Below are positions 1 through 10,272 of a DNA stretch of 64,000 nucleotides, in pieces. Position 1 is the first letter of the stretch. Each line of letters opens with the position of its first letter. Position numbers and translations under genes: made by a program. The DNA is taken from contig CM000431.1 in assembly GCA_000165345.1 (NCBI GenBank), positions 832,001 through 896,000 of the forward strand. The letters are read 5' to 3'. The notes under the pieces were generated by a model. The model was not told where the DNA came from and searched no databases. It saw only the letters and a program-made list of their open reading frames with translations.

Positions 1-887
1 CTTGAATTTAAGGCATCATTAGAACTCGTCAGTTCGCCATTCTTATACTTTAGAGACTGGTGTGTATAGTAAACATCTGAGAAAGGAATATGTTCAGATT
101 CTTGATTATTGCCGTTCTCCGACGTATTACTTATAGATGAGGTATATTTTGCATTATCTCTTGCCCACATTCTTAATCTCTCTTGTTGCAAAACTGCCAC
201 ATTTAGTTGGCTTAAGTAATTATCTTCAGTGTCCCTCTCGTAAATTCTGCGGCTTGTGTTTCCTTCATCATCAAACCTACCAGGTTCTTGTTTATTTTCG
301 ACCTTAGCATAGCCTCCATCTTCCAAGATGTCAGCGTCTTGAATATCTTCAATATTGCTACTCAAACTTTCCACTCTTTTATTAATTTCACTTAGTTTCG
401 CGTTCATCTGGGCAAAGTCGTGCGATAACCCACAATTGTTCTTTTCTCTATTTTCACTACTAGTTGGTGAGGCAGACTTAGATCTACAGTTCTCTGACTT
501 TTGGAGGCAGTAATCACCAGCATCCTGGCCATTAGACACTGTTTTCTTATTCGGAAAGTTAAATTCGCTTATAGTATCGGAATCTTTGTTTTTTAGGCGT
601 CCTGCAAGCCTCTTAATTATATCAATACTCGGAATATTCTTTCTTGCACTAGTTAAAGCTGAAAATGTTTCCGAGTCTGTGATCGAATTTGAATCAACAT
701 TGATACTATCTTCTGTGATTGCTAATTTTGAGTCAGAAATATTGTTATTCTTCAGAGCAACTCCTTCTAGATTTGAAAAATCGTTGCTAGTTTTTATCAA
801 TAATTGGTCAACCAGCCTAGTTGCCTTCCTCATAATTTCACTAGAGGACGGTGAAAAGGTTTTCTCAGATATTGTTGTTTCGATCAT
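1..887 (-). CDS. Partial CDS. ATG at 887 on the minus strand, reading through position 1; the C-terminus lies beyond the window. Ser/Asn-rich hypothetical protein with no recognisable domain.
   Basis: I reverse-complemented and translated 1..887 myself: about 295 codons with no stop, which is very unlikely by chance at ~30% GC. There is an in-frame stop (912..914) just upstream of the ATG at 887. It is absent from the ORF track because there is no stop inside the window. The listed + strand ORF 586..987 is antisense to it and low complexity. Confidence 0.6.
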   Translation of the reverse strand, partial: MIETTISEKTFSPSSSEIMRKATRLVDQLLIKTSNDFSNLEGVALKNNNISDSKLAITEDSINVDSNSITDSETFSALTSARKNIPSIDIIKRLAGRLKNKDSDTISEFNFPNKKTVSNGQDAGDYCLQKSENCRSKSASPTSSENREKNNCGLSHDFAQMNAKLSEINKRVESLSSNIEDIQDADILEDGGYAKVENKQEPGRFDDEGNTSRRIYERDTEDNYLSQLNVAVLQQERLRMWARDNAKYTSSISNTSENGNNQESEHIPFSDVYYTHQSLKYKNGELTSSNDALNS

Positions 888-1445
888 GATTACTAGGTTC
901 AATAAAACTATTTATCCGTCAATATTTGTGATAAGTTATACACAAATCCTATCATTAGTAAGCTATCTCAAAAAGTTATTAACCTGATTCTGACTTTTCA
1001 TATAAGATATTCAAATGAATTCTTTTCCACTTTGATATAAAGTCGGTTATTCTTCCTTCAAAAATCAATGTGAACAACAAATATACATATATATATATTT
1101 ATTTATATGTTTATTTAAACCAATAAAAATTTTAGAGAATTTACCTTAGATTTTTTAAAGGATGAACGATATTCAAAAAAAATTTCTCTTCCTATTTCCC
1201 CTCTAAACTCACACAAATAAATAGATTGTCTTGTGTCATGTCTCAGGCGGGAGACACCGGTACCTTAATATTAAAGAAAACAAAAAAAAAGCGATAATAT
1301 AAATTAGGGTCAAAAATTGATTTTTAGTAAATTGGTAAAGGGTTGATTCAACAATATTGAGATAGTAAGGATTTCGATATTGGTCCAAAATAAATATTTA
1401 GTTAATACTTTTTTAGATTTTCAGAAACGTATTTCTTAAGTTGAA

Positions 1446-3101
1446 ATGGACCATAATCTTGAATTGGGGAACTACTCCGATTTTGATTTTCAAACCACTT
1501 CAAAATGGATAGCTAAACACTCAAAAGGCAAAGAAGGGCTAATTGTTGCATTGCAATTTTCTGTATCTGATATTAAATATGCCCCAAGAATTCAATATCT
1601 TATAGAAAAGCAAGTAAATTGTATAGTTTCAAAAGAAGATGGTTCTAAAGATCAATGTAATATTCGATTTTTTGTTTTATCTGATATTGTAAACCCAGCA
1701 TGTTGTCTGGATGTTTTAAATATCAAAAAGTCACATTCAGATTTAGTAATACACTTTGGTTACAGTTGCTATCATAATATTAGAAACTTCCGTCTACCTG
1801 TTTACTTTGTCCCATCCTCCTCTGACTATTTTTATGTTTCAGAATCTAATACGCTCTGCGATATTACAAGCTTTCTGTATAAACAGCTAAATAATAGGCT
1901 TCTTGAGGGGAATAATTCTTTGAAAAGGATGAATGTGATACTCTCATTCCAAGGAATATTAAAGAACAACTCTCAAACGACATTGTTGGATAAAATAAGA
2001 AGTTCTGAATTGAATAAAACTAGCAATGATGTAGAGATTTGCATATACCAACTTTCCCCTATAAATGTTACTGACTGTATTCAAGATCAACACTCGGAAT
2101 TTATTTGTGATTTACTTCTATCAAAATTGGGGCACGACAAAGAGTTAAAACTTGATGATTTGGAGAAGCGTTTTGAGAGGTCCAAAAATATGACTTCAAG
2201 TGAATCTGTAATTTTCTTCCACTTTATTTCTAAAGATGATAAATATTCTAATCTTCCTAATTCTTTTCTGGAAAGAATTTTCCTTAGATATAATCAATTA
2301 TTTGAAATTTTTTTGTGCCAAGTAAATGACTCAGATTCTAGCATAGAACTAAATCCAAATGCTTTGAATGAGTTGAGTTCTATAATATCTAAAAGATTTG
2401 TTGTTATTGAAAAGGCAAAGTCAATCCATTCTGAAAATCATGTCGCTTTTGTAATTACTCCTGGAATAACGCAATTAGAATGGAAACTTATTGAATTTTT
2501 TAAAAGGCATAATTACAGGATAAACGCAGATAATGGGAAAAAAATAAAGATTGAAACTCACATTATTTCTTTAACTGGAGTGAATGAAGTAAAATTAAGA
2601 AATTTCCCAGATATTGATATTTTCTGTTTTTTTGGTTGTTCTGAGTATTTTTTATCCCATATTATTAAAAATCTTAATTTAAAAACTCCAATTATTCTTA
2701 CACCCTTTGAATACCAGGTATTTCTTGGAATTACAGAATGGAGTACGCGTTATCTAAATACCCCAGACTTACAATCTCATGTCTTAAGTGACAATGATCT
2801 TTCTTTTCACTCTTCAATATCAGATTCTGAAGATTCTGAATTAGATCAAGATTTTTCAAAACTTTCAATTGAGGACTCAGAAATATTGAAAAATAACACA
2901 CTTTCCACGAAAACTGAATCTTATTCTTTGCAAAGTATCGACAAGAAAACTAAAAAGTTATTGGTATCATTAAACTCAATTAAAAATAAATATGGGCGTT
3001 CTTATTTTGGTCTAAATCCCTTGGAAAACACTGATCATATACCTAAAATTACTCAAGGAAGAGATGGAATCGCATCCATGTATAAAAATGAAATAATATA
3101 A
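1446..3101 (+). CDS. DPH2: Diphthamide biosynthesis protein, Dph1/Dph2 family (most likely Dph2, 551 aa).
   Basis: ATG start verified. N-terminal block IVALQFSVSDI...FFVLSDIVNPACCLDV...DLVIHFGYSC...LPVYFV matches the conserved Dph2 layout (LQFPD..., VLADT.Y.ACCVDE, VVHFG..C, PVVY.F). Length fits Dph2 rather than Dph1. Confidence 0.7.
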   Translation: MDHNLELGNYSDFDFQTTSKWIAKHSKGKEGLIVALQFSVSDIKYAPRIQYLIEKQVNCIVSKEDGSKDQCNIRFFVLSDIVNPACCLDVLNIKKSHSDLVIHFGYSCYHNIRNFRLPVYFVPSSSDYFYVSESNTLCDITSFLYKQLNNRLLEGNNSLKRMNVILSFQGILKNNSQTTLLDKIRSSELNKTSNDVEICIYQLSPINVTDCIQDQHSEFICDLLLSKLGHDKELKLDDLEKRFERSKNMTSSESVIFFHFISKDDKYSNLPNSFLERIFLRYNQLFEIFLCQVNDSDSSIELNPNALNELSSIISKRFVVIEKAKSIHSENHVAFVITPGITQLEWKLIEFFKRHNYRINADNGKKIKIETHIISLTGVNEVKLRNFPDIDIFCFFGCSEYFLSHIIKNLNLKTPIILTPFEYQVFLGITEWSTRYLNTPDLQSHVLSDNDLSFHSSISDSEDSELDQDFSKLSIEDSEILKNNTLSTKTESYSLQSIDKKTKKLLVSLNSIKNKYGRSYFGLNPLENTDHIPKITQGRDGIASMYKNEII

Positions 3102-4477
3102 TTTTATCTAGAACTCAAAGCTATGGGAACAAGAAATGCAAAACAATCAACTGCTTAAAATCGGTGCGTGATTCATATATGATCAATTAGTCAAAATGAC
3201 TCAAACTTTATAGATTAACCGTTCACTATATTTAAACTAATCAGAAATTGGAAAAAACAAAATATATTACACCAACACTTGATTCCACTTACACAAGCCA
3301 AACTTTTTAACAGTTAGAGGAAAATACACTTCACAATTAAGGGTTATAAAGTTATTTTTCCATAAATAGAGAATTTAGAAAGTAATGCTAATAATATCGA
3401 GTAATAGATGATACACTACCCTATTTAAATAAAATACAACAATCTTTTTAATTATCTTCTCATCAAATTTCAAATTGAAACCTTGCCGCCGCCTGTGTGC
3501 GTTTTCTTACCCAATATACGGAAAATTACTTTCAGTATACTTTTTTTTCGGTAATATTGACAAAGCACTTCTTCTTTTGTACAGAACATCAGCACAGTAT
3601 TCTCGGCATTAATTCATTTTATCATTTGCATATATAACTGCTGTATGATTTATGCTTAATAAGTAATGCTATCTATTATCAACATATTAAGCTTTGTATT
3701 TAAGTATGGTTTATTGAATTGTACTTCTCATCTACTTTTCTCTATAATAGCACTCTTTTTCTTACTTGAATTCAGAATTCTGACTTCAAAACAAAGCCAA
3801 ATGATTGTTAAATAAAAAGAAGAAATAATAACAAAGACTGTTATTATTCATCTCTTTAATTAATATTGGTTGTTTTAAAGAGAAATAAGCAATAATTAGC
3901 GTTAACATTTAATTTCATTTTTTTCTTTTTTTGTCTTCATTCACTCTTATTATTTGTGTAATATTTATTATTTGAAGCATAGTATTTAGAATAATTAAGA
4001 TATCTCTTCCAACTTTTAAATTTTTTTCCCCACAGCTCTATACATACCTCTCTAAACAATCTCTACTTATCAAAAAAAAAGGTTAACTCCATATGATTTT
4101 CCAACCCTGAAAACCTTATAATATCACCAAATTATTAACAATGATTTCTTCCCTTTAATCATATTTCTTTTATCTTCTTAATTATATATTTTTGGGAAGG
4201 AAAATATATAATTTTGAAGAAAATTATATAAAAGATGCAATAATTTCCAAATTACATTTCAAGGGAAGTTTTAGTATTTAGTAAAGTATAGGGTGGGCAT
4301 GGGCTATCTGATATGGATAGAGATTTTGTCAATGAATACATCAGGAAAGAATAATAACATTAAATTCTTCAAAAAGCTTTGGCGTACGTAATGGGCGTGG
4401 TAAAAAAAATATATATATATATGAAAAGCTTAGAAATATATATATTCTATTTTGCTTCAACTTAAATATGCTTGCTT

Positions 4478-7400
4478 TTAAGATGTAGAGTATTTTGGAA
4501 TAACATGCAATGTAGCCTGTACTGAGAATGATTCTGGAATGTATTTACCGCTATTTGCAATATTCTCTTCATCCTTTGAAGTATCTGGTTGCTCCTCAAC
4601 CTTTGAAATTTGTGAAGATGTGAGTGAAGTTGCTGAGGCTAAACGTAAATCGGTTCTGTAAGTGACACTCAATTCTACCTCACTAGAAATCTGATAGATT
4701 GAAACTCCTGTTGTGAATATGGATGCAGCAGAAACCTTACATGCAATTAATCTGAATTGGTTATTAACATATGCAAGATTTACAACAATTTTCTTGTTGG
4801 TAGAACATACACAGCCTCCACTTAATGTACCAGTAGCATTAATCTTTCCTGGGACATTTTCCAAAGTGAAGCTAGAACCGTTTGTTTTTAATCTTAATTG
4901 CGGTTTTCCTGTTTGACCTGAGAATATTAAATCCTTACCACAAGTCATCTCAATACTCAAACTTTCATTGGGTGAAAATGGCATACCGGAAGATAAAATT
5001 GCATTCTTAGAAACTACAGTACCCATAGGATATAAATTGCTTGCGTTTAAATTTGGAGTGTACAATGTTCTTTTGAGACCATATACTATTGCTGCAGTGG
5101 TCTGACTTGAATCAATAAATACTTGACCAAATGTCTTAGCAGCATTGAAATGTTGGTTGTATGGTAGTTTACATAATAATGCAGACTTTCCTACTACGTA
5201 GCTGTGGAAATAGACATGCAAGTCGGATCCATCTACGAAGAATGTAATATAGTATTTACTACCAGGTTGGAATTCAGCTTCATCTGGTACTTGTGATGAA
5301 CAGCTTGAGAATGTTCCAGCTTCACCAGAATATAAAGAACTGAAGAATGAAATATATTTCCTGGCAATAACTAGTGTGTAAACAACTGATCCGTTGTATA
5401 ATAGTACAATTGAATGTAAGAAACCTGGGAAATTGGGGAAAGTCTTTGCTACCTCATCCTTAACATAATTTGGGTAACGTGATTTGAAAACAAGAGAAAA
5501 GTGATTTGGATGTAATGAAGTAGAGCATAAATTCTCAATTGAACTAGCTGGTAAATATACTCCTGGTGTAGAGAAATATCCATATGTTGGATTTTGTGCA
5601 TTGCACAAATTATAAGCTAGTACCATAGATGCTTTTGCTGTAGTAGATCCATATTTAATATATTGCCAAGGAGCTGGGTTACTACTATCTGTTTTGACAT
5701 ATTCTATAACAAAACCATCTAGCTGAGATACTAATACCTGATTAAAGTTATCCTTGTTTTCAAGTGCTAATAATACCTTCCACTGGCCATCCAAATGATA
5801 ACCAATAGCATTACCGACAAATTGAATAATAAATTCTTTAGAACCAAAGTTATACACGCTGTAAGTATCTGTTGAACGTTCAAATCTTGTAGTAAACTTG
5901 ATTGTAACACTTCCAGACCACAATGTAGATGTAGATGAAAATTCAAGTTGTGCTACAATAGTACCATCTTCTCTTTTGAAAGAGAGTGAAAATGTATTCT
6001 TTTGGAATGAATAAAATCTGATAAAGAACTTAGCATCATTGTTAACCGGCTTATTACCAGGCATGTAAACCTTCGAAGTGGTACATACACCATAAATGCT
6101 TAATGTGCAGCTGTTATCGCCAGATCTTGGAGCATAGAATTCCTTAGAAACTGGGAACCATGTATTAACATTGTTACTTAAAGAGTAACTGTATGGACTC
6201 TTTACTAATAATTCAGGGACAATAGAGTTAATTGGCTCATACTTAGTGAAGTCACGATTATATGCAGTTTCACCCCATGCTGAAATTACAGAAACAAGAT
6301 TTCTTCTCAACATGGCAAATTTACCTGAGCCATATGGATTTTCAATTAATAAATTAATTGCCGAATCTTTGAACCCAATACCAATTCTATATTTAGATCC
6401 TTCTTCTAAATTCACGCTCGAGGGGATTGGGGCACCAACATGGCCATTATTTCTAGTAATGGCAAGGGGATTATGGATTGATAGACCCAATTGATCTTCT
6501 GTAATAAAGAATTGAAGTATAGTACGTCCATTACTTGCCTTTAAATTGAAAACTTGAATAGCATTTTCAATTGGAATACCAATATTAAAGGCTTGTTCGA
6601 GATTAGAAGATGGCTTTTCAACAGTACCTGTAATCATAATAGAGTAACCATTTGTTAAACGATTTGTACTCATATTAATCAAGGAAGAACAATTGTCGAG
6701 ACTGGTTGAAACAGACTTTCTTGCATCACATGGAGAATGGAATGTTAAGTCATCGTCCTTTTTAATATTATCGGAATTGGTAGAGTATTTTTCACTGGTG
6801 TATTCCAAGGCAACAGAACCACCACCAAATACTGGAAATGTTGCAACCCGGACACTGTTTCCAGACATATTTTTATGGAAGATAAATTTAAGCTTCTTAT
6901 TTAAAGATGTAGATGGAACACTTCCGAGTAAGAGACCGCAAATGGAAGCATATATTTTAGATTGATCTGATGAAAGAAGGACAGAAAGACCTTCATGCAA
7001 GATTCTTTCCATACAACTTGGAGGGATCTTTGCATAAATAATATCTTGTGTATTAACATTTCTCATGCTAAATTTACCAGTTGAAATAACCGTAAAGGCA
7101 AATTGATCAGAGTTGTTATCTGATGACTTCACATAGAAAGTGAATGGGAATATGACTGATGAAGACTTGACTGTCAAGTAAGTGCCCTTGACAAAACCTG
7201 AGCCATCCATGTGAACAATCTGAGATGCATTACACTCTCCATTTGTTGCCAAATAACAGTTTGCAGCTTGTTGCTGTGTTCTAGAAGTCGAACTACCTCC
7301 ACTGATACCTTCATATCCTTCGGCAGGATAATCATTAGAAAGTGTGTATTTAGAACTTCCTGAATAGACATTATCCTTTACTGGCCTGAATCTGGTAATT

Positions 7401-9001
7401 GAAATGGATCCGAGATTTAAATCACAGAATAACAAGACTTTGTTTCCAATATATCCAGATACTCCTAATTTGTTATTATTTGAAAGACCAACAATTATTT
7501 TTATTTCATTTTTTTGATTAAACACATTATTACCAGATAAATAGACAGAACAAGCGTCTGTTAAGATACCACTTTCTGAGAATAACACTAAAGAAACTGA
7601 ATTTACAGATAAGAATACTGCTGCTCTCATATTTTCTGCGTCACCCATTGCAATTGCTCCAAAGAGCTCTTTTTGTGAAATGTTTGCATAATCATTAAAG
7701 TAATTACCAGAGTCATAAAGAGATTGGATTTCTACTTTTTGACCGGGAGATAATGGGTTTTGTAGTCTAAATTCAGAACCATAACAAGACGTTTCTCCAA
7801 CTCTACATTTGTATCTACCAACTGCAGAACCCATTAAGGTTTGCTCTGGAATACTTAGCATTACTGAAGTTGTAAACCAAACTGTGGTTCTAATCTTATT
7901 TATTTGAGCACCTTTAATCTCGGTTGATGCGAAACAGGTATCACCAATACAGATAAGTAAATGTCCGTCTGTGAAAAAATAACCCAAATGTACGATATCT
8001 CCAGAATTCAAATGATTTTTTAATGAATTTGCATCGAAATTTACCTCTTTATTTTCATTTTTATGAGCATTCTGGATAAGGAATTTGTATTTGTTGTTAC
8101 CAGAGTAGGTAATGCTTATTGTTAATTGAATTTTTGAATCGTTGTATTTAATGAACGTGTGCTTTACTTTGTTAGAGGTTATCTCTCCTTGATTAATTAC
8201 AATCTTAACACCATCCTCGAAAATGTTTCCACCTGGATACACGACTTCAGTACCTCTTCTCAAAGAGAATGGGCCAGAATATACTTGTGAGCTTGGATTA
8301 CCAGGCATAGTGTGTTGAACAAAAGTTTTGGGAGCGGTAAGTGTCATAGTTTGTTCGAAGTGAATATTATAATCCATTGGACCAGTGAGTGGAACTATCG
8401 AGCTAATAGCTTTGTTCAAAATATAGAGACTTCCTACTTCGTAGTATTTCCCATCCTTATGCTTGAATAAAAATGTCAAATAACTATTGTTATAGTAAAG
8501 ATAATAGTCGAAGTCGTCTCCTGACTCGACTCTGAAATTAGAAGGGGTTCTATCAATGCTTATACCTTTACTAATACGTTTAGAATCAACGAAATTCTTT
8601 GTATCAACCTCACCAACGAGACCAAATCCAATAGTCTCCTTTGTAATAACCATATCAATGAAGGGCTTCTTGTTGTCATCAATAATTCTCAAGACAAGTT
8701 TGGTTTGTTCGACTGGAATCCCATTAAATTTACTAGCAAATAAATTGATAGAATCTGGAATTTTACCTCTTAATCTTAATGTATAACCACTTGAGAGCTT
8801 GTTTGAACACAAACCAATTACAGAGCCACCTCTGCACGATGTTGATTGGCATGAGAAACCCAAACTACAACTTTCTCTTGGAACAGATGCAGCTGGAGGA
8901 ATTTCGGTTTCTGATGATGCCGAAACAGAAGCGCATCCCAGAAGGGTGTTGAGAAACAACCCTGCTAGGAATACTCCAAAGTATTTCTGGAGCCTATTCA
9001 T
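4478..9001 (-). CDS. Large secreted cysteine-containing protein (1507 aa); signal peptide; no domain recognisable by eye.
   Basis: 4.5 kb uninterrupted ORF with ATG at 9001..8999. N-terminus MNRLQKYFGVFLAGLFLNTLLGCASVSASS is a typical signal peptide. No C-terminal TM segment. Scattered Cys and many N-x-S/T sequons. Confidence 0.85.
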   Translation of the reverse strand: MNRLQKYFGVFLAGLFLNTLLGCASVSASSETEIPPAASVPRESCSLGFSCQSTSCRGGSVIGLCSNKLSSGYTLRLRGKIPDSINLFASKFNGIPVEQTKLVLRIIDDNKKPFIDMVITKETIGFGLVGEVDTKNFVDSKRISKGISIDRTPSNFRVESGDDFDYYLYYNNSYLTFLFKHKDGKYYEVGSLYILNKAISSIVPLTGPMDYNIHFEQTMTLTAPKTFVQHTMPGNPSSQVYSGPFSLRRGTEVVYPGGNIFEDGVKIVINQGEITSNKVKHTFIKYNDSKIQLTISITYSGNNKYKFLIQNAHKNENKEVNFDANSLKNHLNSGDIVHLGYFFTDGHLLICIGDTCFASTEIKGAQINKIRTTVWFTTSVMLSIPEQTLMGSAVGRYKCRVGETSCYGSEFRLQNPLSPGQKVEIQSLYDSGNYFNDYANISQKELFGAIAMGDAENMRAAVFLSVNSVSLVLFSESGILTDACSVYLSGNNVFNQKNEIKIIVGLSNNNKLGVSGYIGNKVLLFCDLNLGSISITRFRPVKDNVYSGSSKYTLSNDYPAEGYEGISGGSSTSRTQQQAANCYLATNGECNASQIVHMDGSGFVKGTYLTVKSSSVIFPFTFYVKSSDNNSDQFAFTVISTGKFSMRNVNTQDIIYAKIPPSCMERILHEGLSVLLSSDQSKIYASICGLLLGSVPSTSLNKKLKFIFHKNMSGNSVRVATFPVFGGGSVALEYTSEKYSTNSDNIKKDDDLTFHSPCDARKSVSTSLDNCSSLINMSTNRLTNGYSIMITGTVEKPSSNLEQAFNIGIPIENAIQVFNLKASNGRTILQFFITEDQLGLSIHNPLAITRNNGHVGAPIPSSVNLEEGSKYRIGIGFKDSAINLLIENPYGSGKFAMLRRNLVSVISAWGETAYNRDFTKYEPINSIVPELLVKSPYSYSLSNNVNTWFPVSKEFYAPRSGDNSCTLSIYGVCTTSKVYMPGNKPVNNDAKFFIRFYSFQKNTFSLSFKREDGTIVAQLEFSSTSTLWSGSVTIKFTTRFERSTDTYSVYNFGSKEFIIQFVGNAIGYHLDGQWKVLLALENKDNFNQVLVSQLDGFVIEYVKTDSSNPAPWQYIKYGSTTAKASMVLAYNLCNAQNPTYGYFSTPGVYLPASSIENLCSTSLHPNHFSLVFKSRYPNYVKDEVAKTFPNFPGFLHSIVLLYNGSVVYTLVIARKYISFFSSLYSGEAGTFSSCSSQVPDEAEFQPGSKYYITFFVDGSDLHVYFHSYVVGKSALLCKLPYNQHFNAAKTFGQVFIDSSQTTAAIVYGLKRTLYTPNLNASNLYPMGTVVSKNAILSSGMPFSPNESLSIEMTCGKDLIFSGQTGKPQLRLKTNGSSFTLENVPGKINATGTLSGGCVCSTNKKIVVNLAYVNNQFRLIACKVSAASIFTTGVSIYQISSEVELSVTYRTDLRLASATSLTSSQISKVEEQPDTSKDEENIANSGKYIPESFSVQATLHVIPKYSTS

Positions 9002-10123
9002 TTTGATCTAATTCTGGATGAAGACAACTTATACACTAAACCTGTTCTTTTGTACACTTCTTGAATACTAGATTTCTTCAGTTTAATAAAAACAAGAATA
9101 TTTGTTGCCTTTGCCAATTATTCTCTTACGCAGTTGCTCTGCGACTAACTGAAGACTAATCACACCAACAGTCAACTTTCAATTCGCAACCAGATTATGC
9201 ACCCCTGATATTGCATGCATTATGCGGAGACAAGACATACTCCCGCATTACTCATTTCTATACGTACAAATGGGAGGTTAATTAGTAAACGTAACAAAAC
9301 TTGCTAATTAAGTCAATTATTTGTTCACTAACGTCTTTATTTAAATTGGAGTTTTTTTGAGAAAATTGAGTCAAAAGAAAATTTATTAATGCATATGGCG
9401 GTAAGATTTGTACTAGGAAAAAAACACACGAAAATGAATAATTTTTTAAAAAATTACTTAAAATTCTTGTATAATCAAAATGAATATTAATTAGTGAATT
9501 TATATTTATATTTTAAAGTGTTTTAGTTTAATCAGAAAATGCTTATCTGAATTCATACGTTTTAATTTCTTCCAACTAAAGATAACACCAATTAACGATT
9601 AAGTTTTAATTATATACAAAAAATTGAATAGATCTGCTAGCATATTTAAAATAAATTACCTGCTTATTAGGATTTGATTCTCAAGTGCCATTTGTGGGTT
9701 CAAGAAGAGATGGATCATTTATAGCTGCATTAATATTAACAAATATTCAGTTAGTTTTTCTTAAAATTAACGTAATTATTGAATTGCGTTGTTAGAAACC
9801 ATAGCTTGCCGCCAAATAGTGATGATTAATTAAATCTCAAATTTTAAAAGAAGGAAAAACTTAATAGCTAAGATTTCATGTTCAAAAAAGGAGAATTTAA
9901 TTAGATTCTGTAATAAATTGTGTTAATTCTAAGATGAACAAATTTTGCATATCTATATAACCATCAATTTAGAAGAAAGTAACATTTGAAATCAAACTGA
10001 TTTATTAGCCAAAATATTTTGCATCTAGTCTTTATATATATAATGAGGGGGTTAAACTAAAATGTTCAAATCAAAATTTTTGTTTTTTTTTATTTAATCA
10101 ATTTTTTAAACTTTAAATGGAGT

Positions 10124-10131
10124 TTTGGCGG
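10124..10131. promoter_or_regulatory. E2F-like TTTGGCGG (TGGCGGTAA), about 140 bp upstream of the DEAD-box helicase. The same TGGCGGTAA nonamer also occurs at 9396..9404.
   Basis: Both copies lie in the 1.27 kb divergent region 9002..10272. Confidence 0.45.
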
Positions 10132-10272
10132 TAACTATTCTATACGCGATTATCGAAAGTCAAAGTGACAGAAAAGAAATTATAAATAGGTGGGAATAAA
10201 TTAAAGATTATTAAAAAAAGGTATTCAACTAGAAAATTATAAAGGTTTGAATTGGCTGTCTAAAAACAAACA

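Noticed and set aside
586-987. Track ORF on the + strand, 133 aa.
   Set aside because: Low-complexity Leu/Ile/Ser peptide lying antisense to a 295-codon stop-free minus-strand frame (1..887). The minus-strand frame is far more likely to be the real gene.
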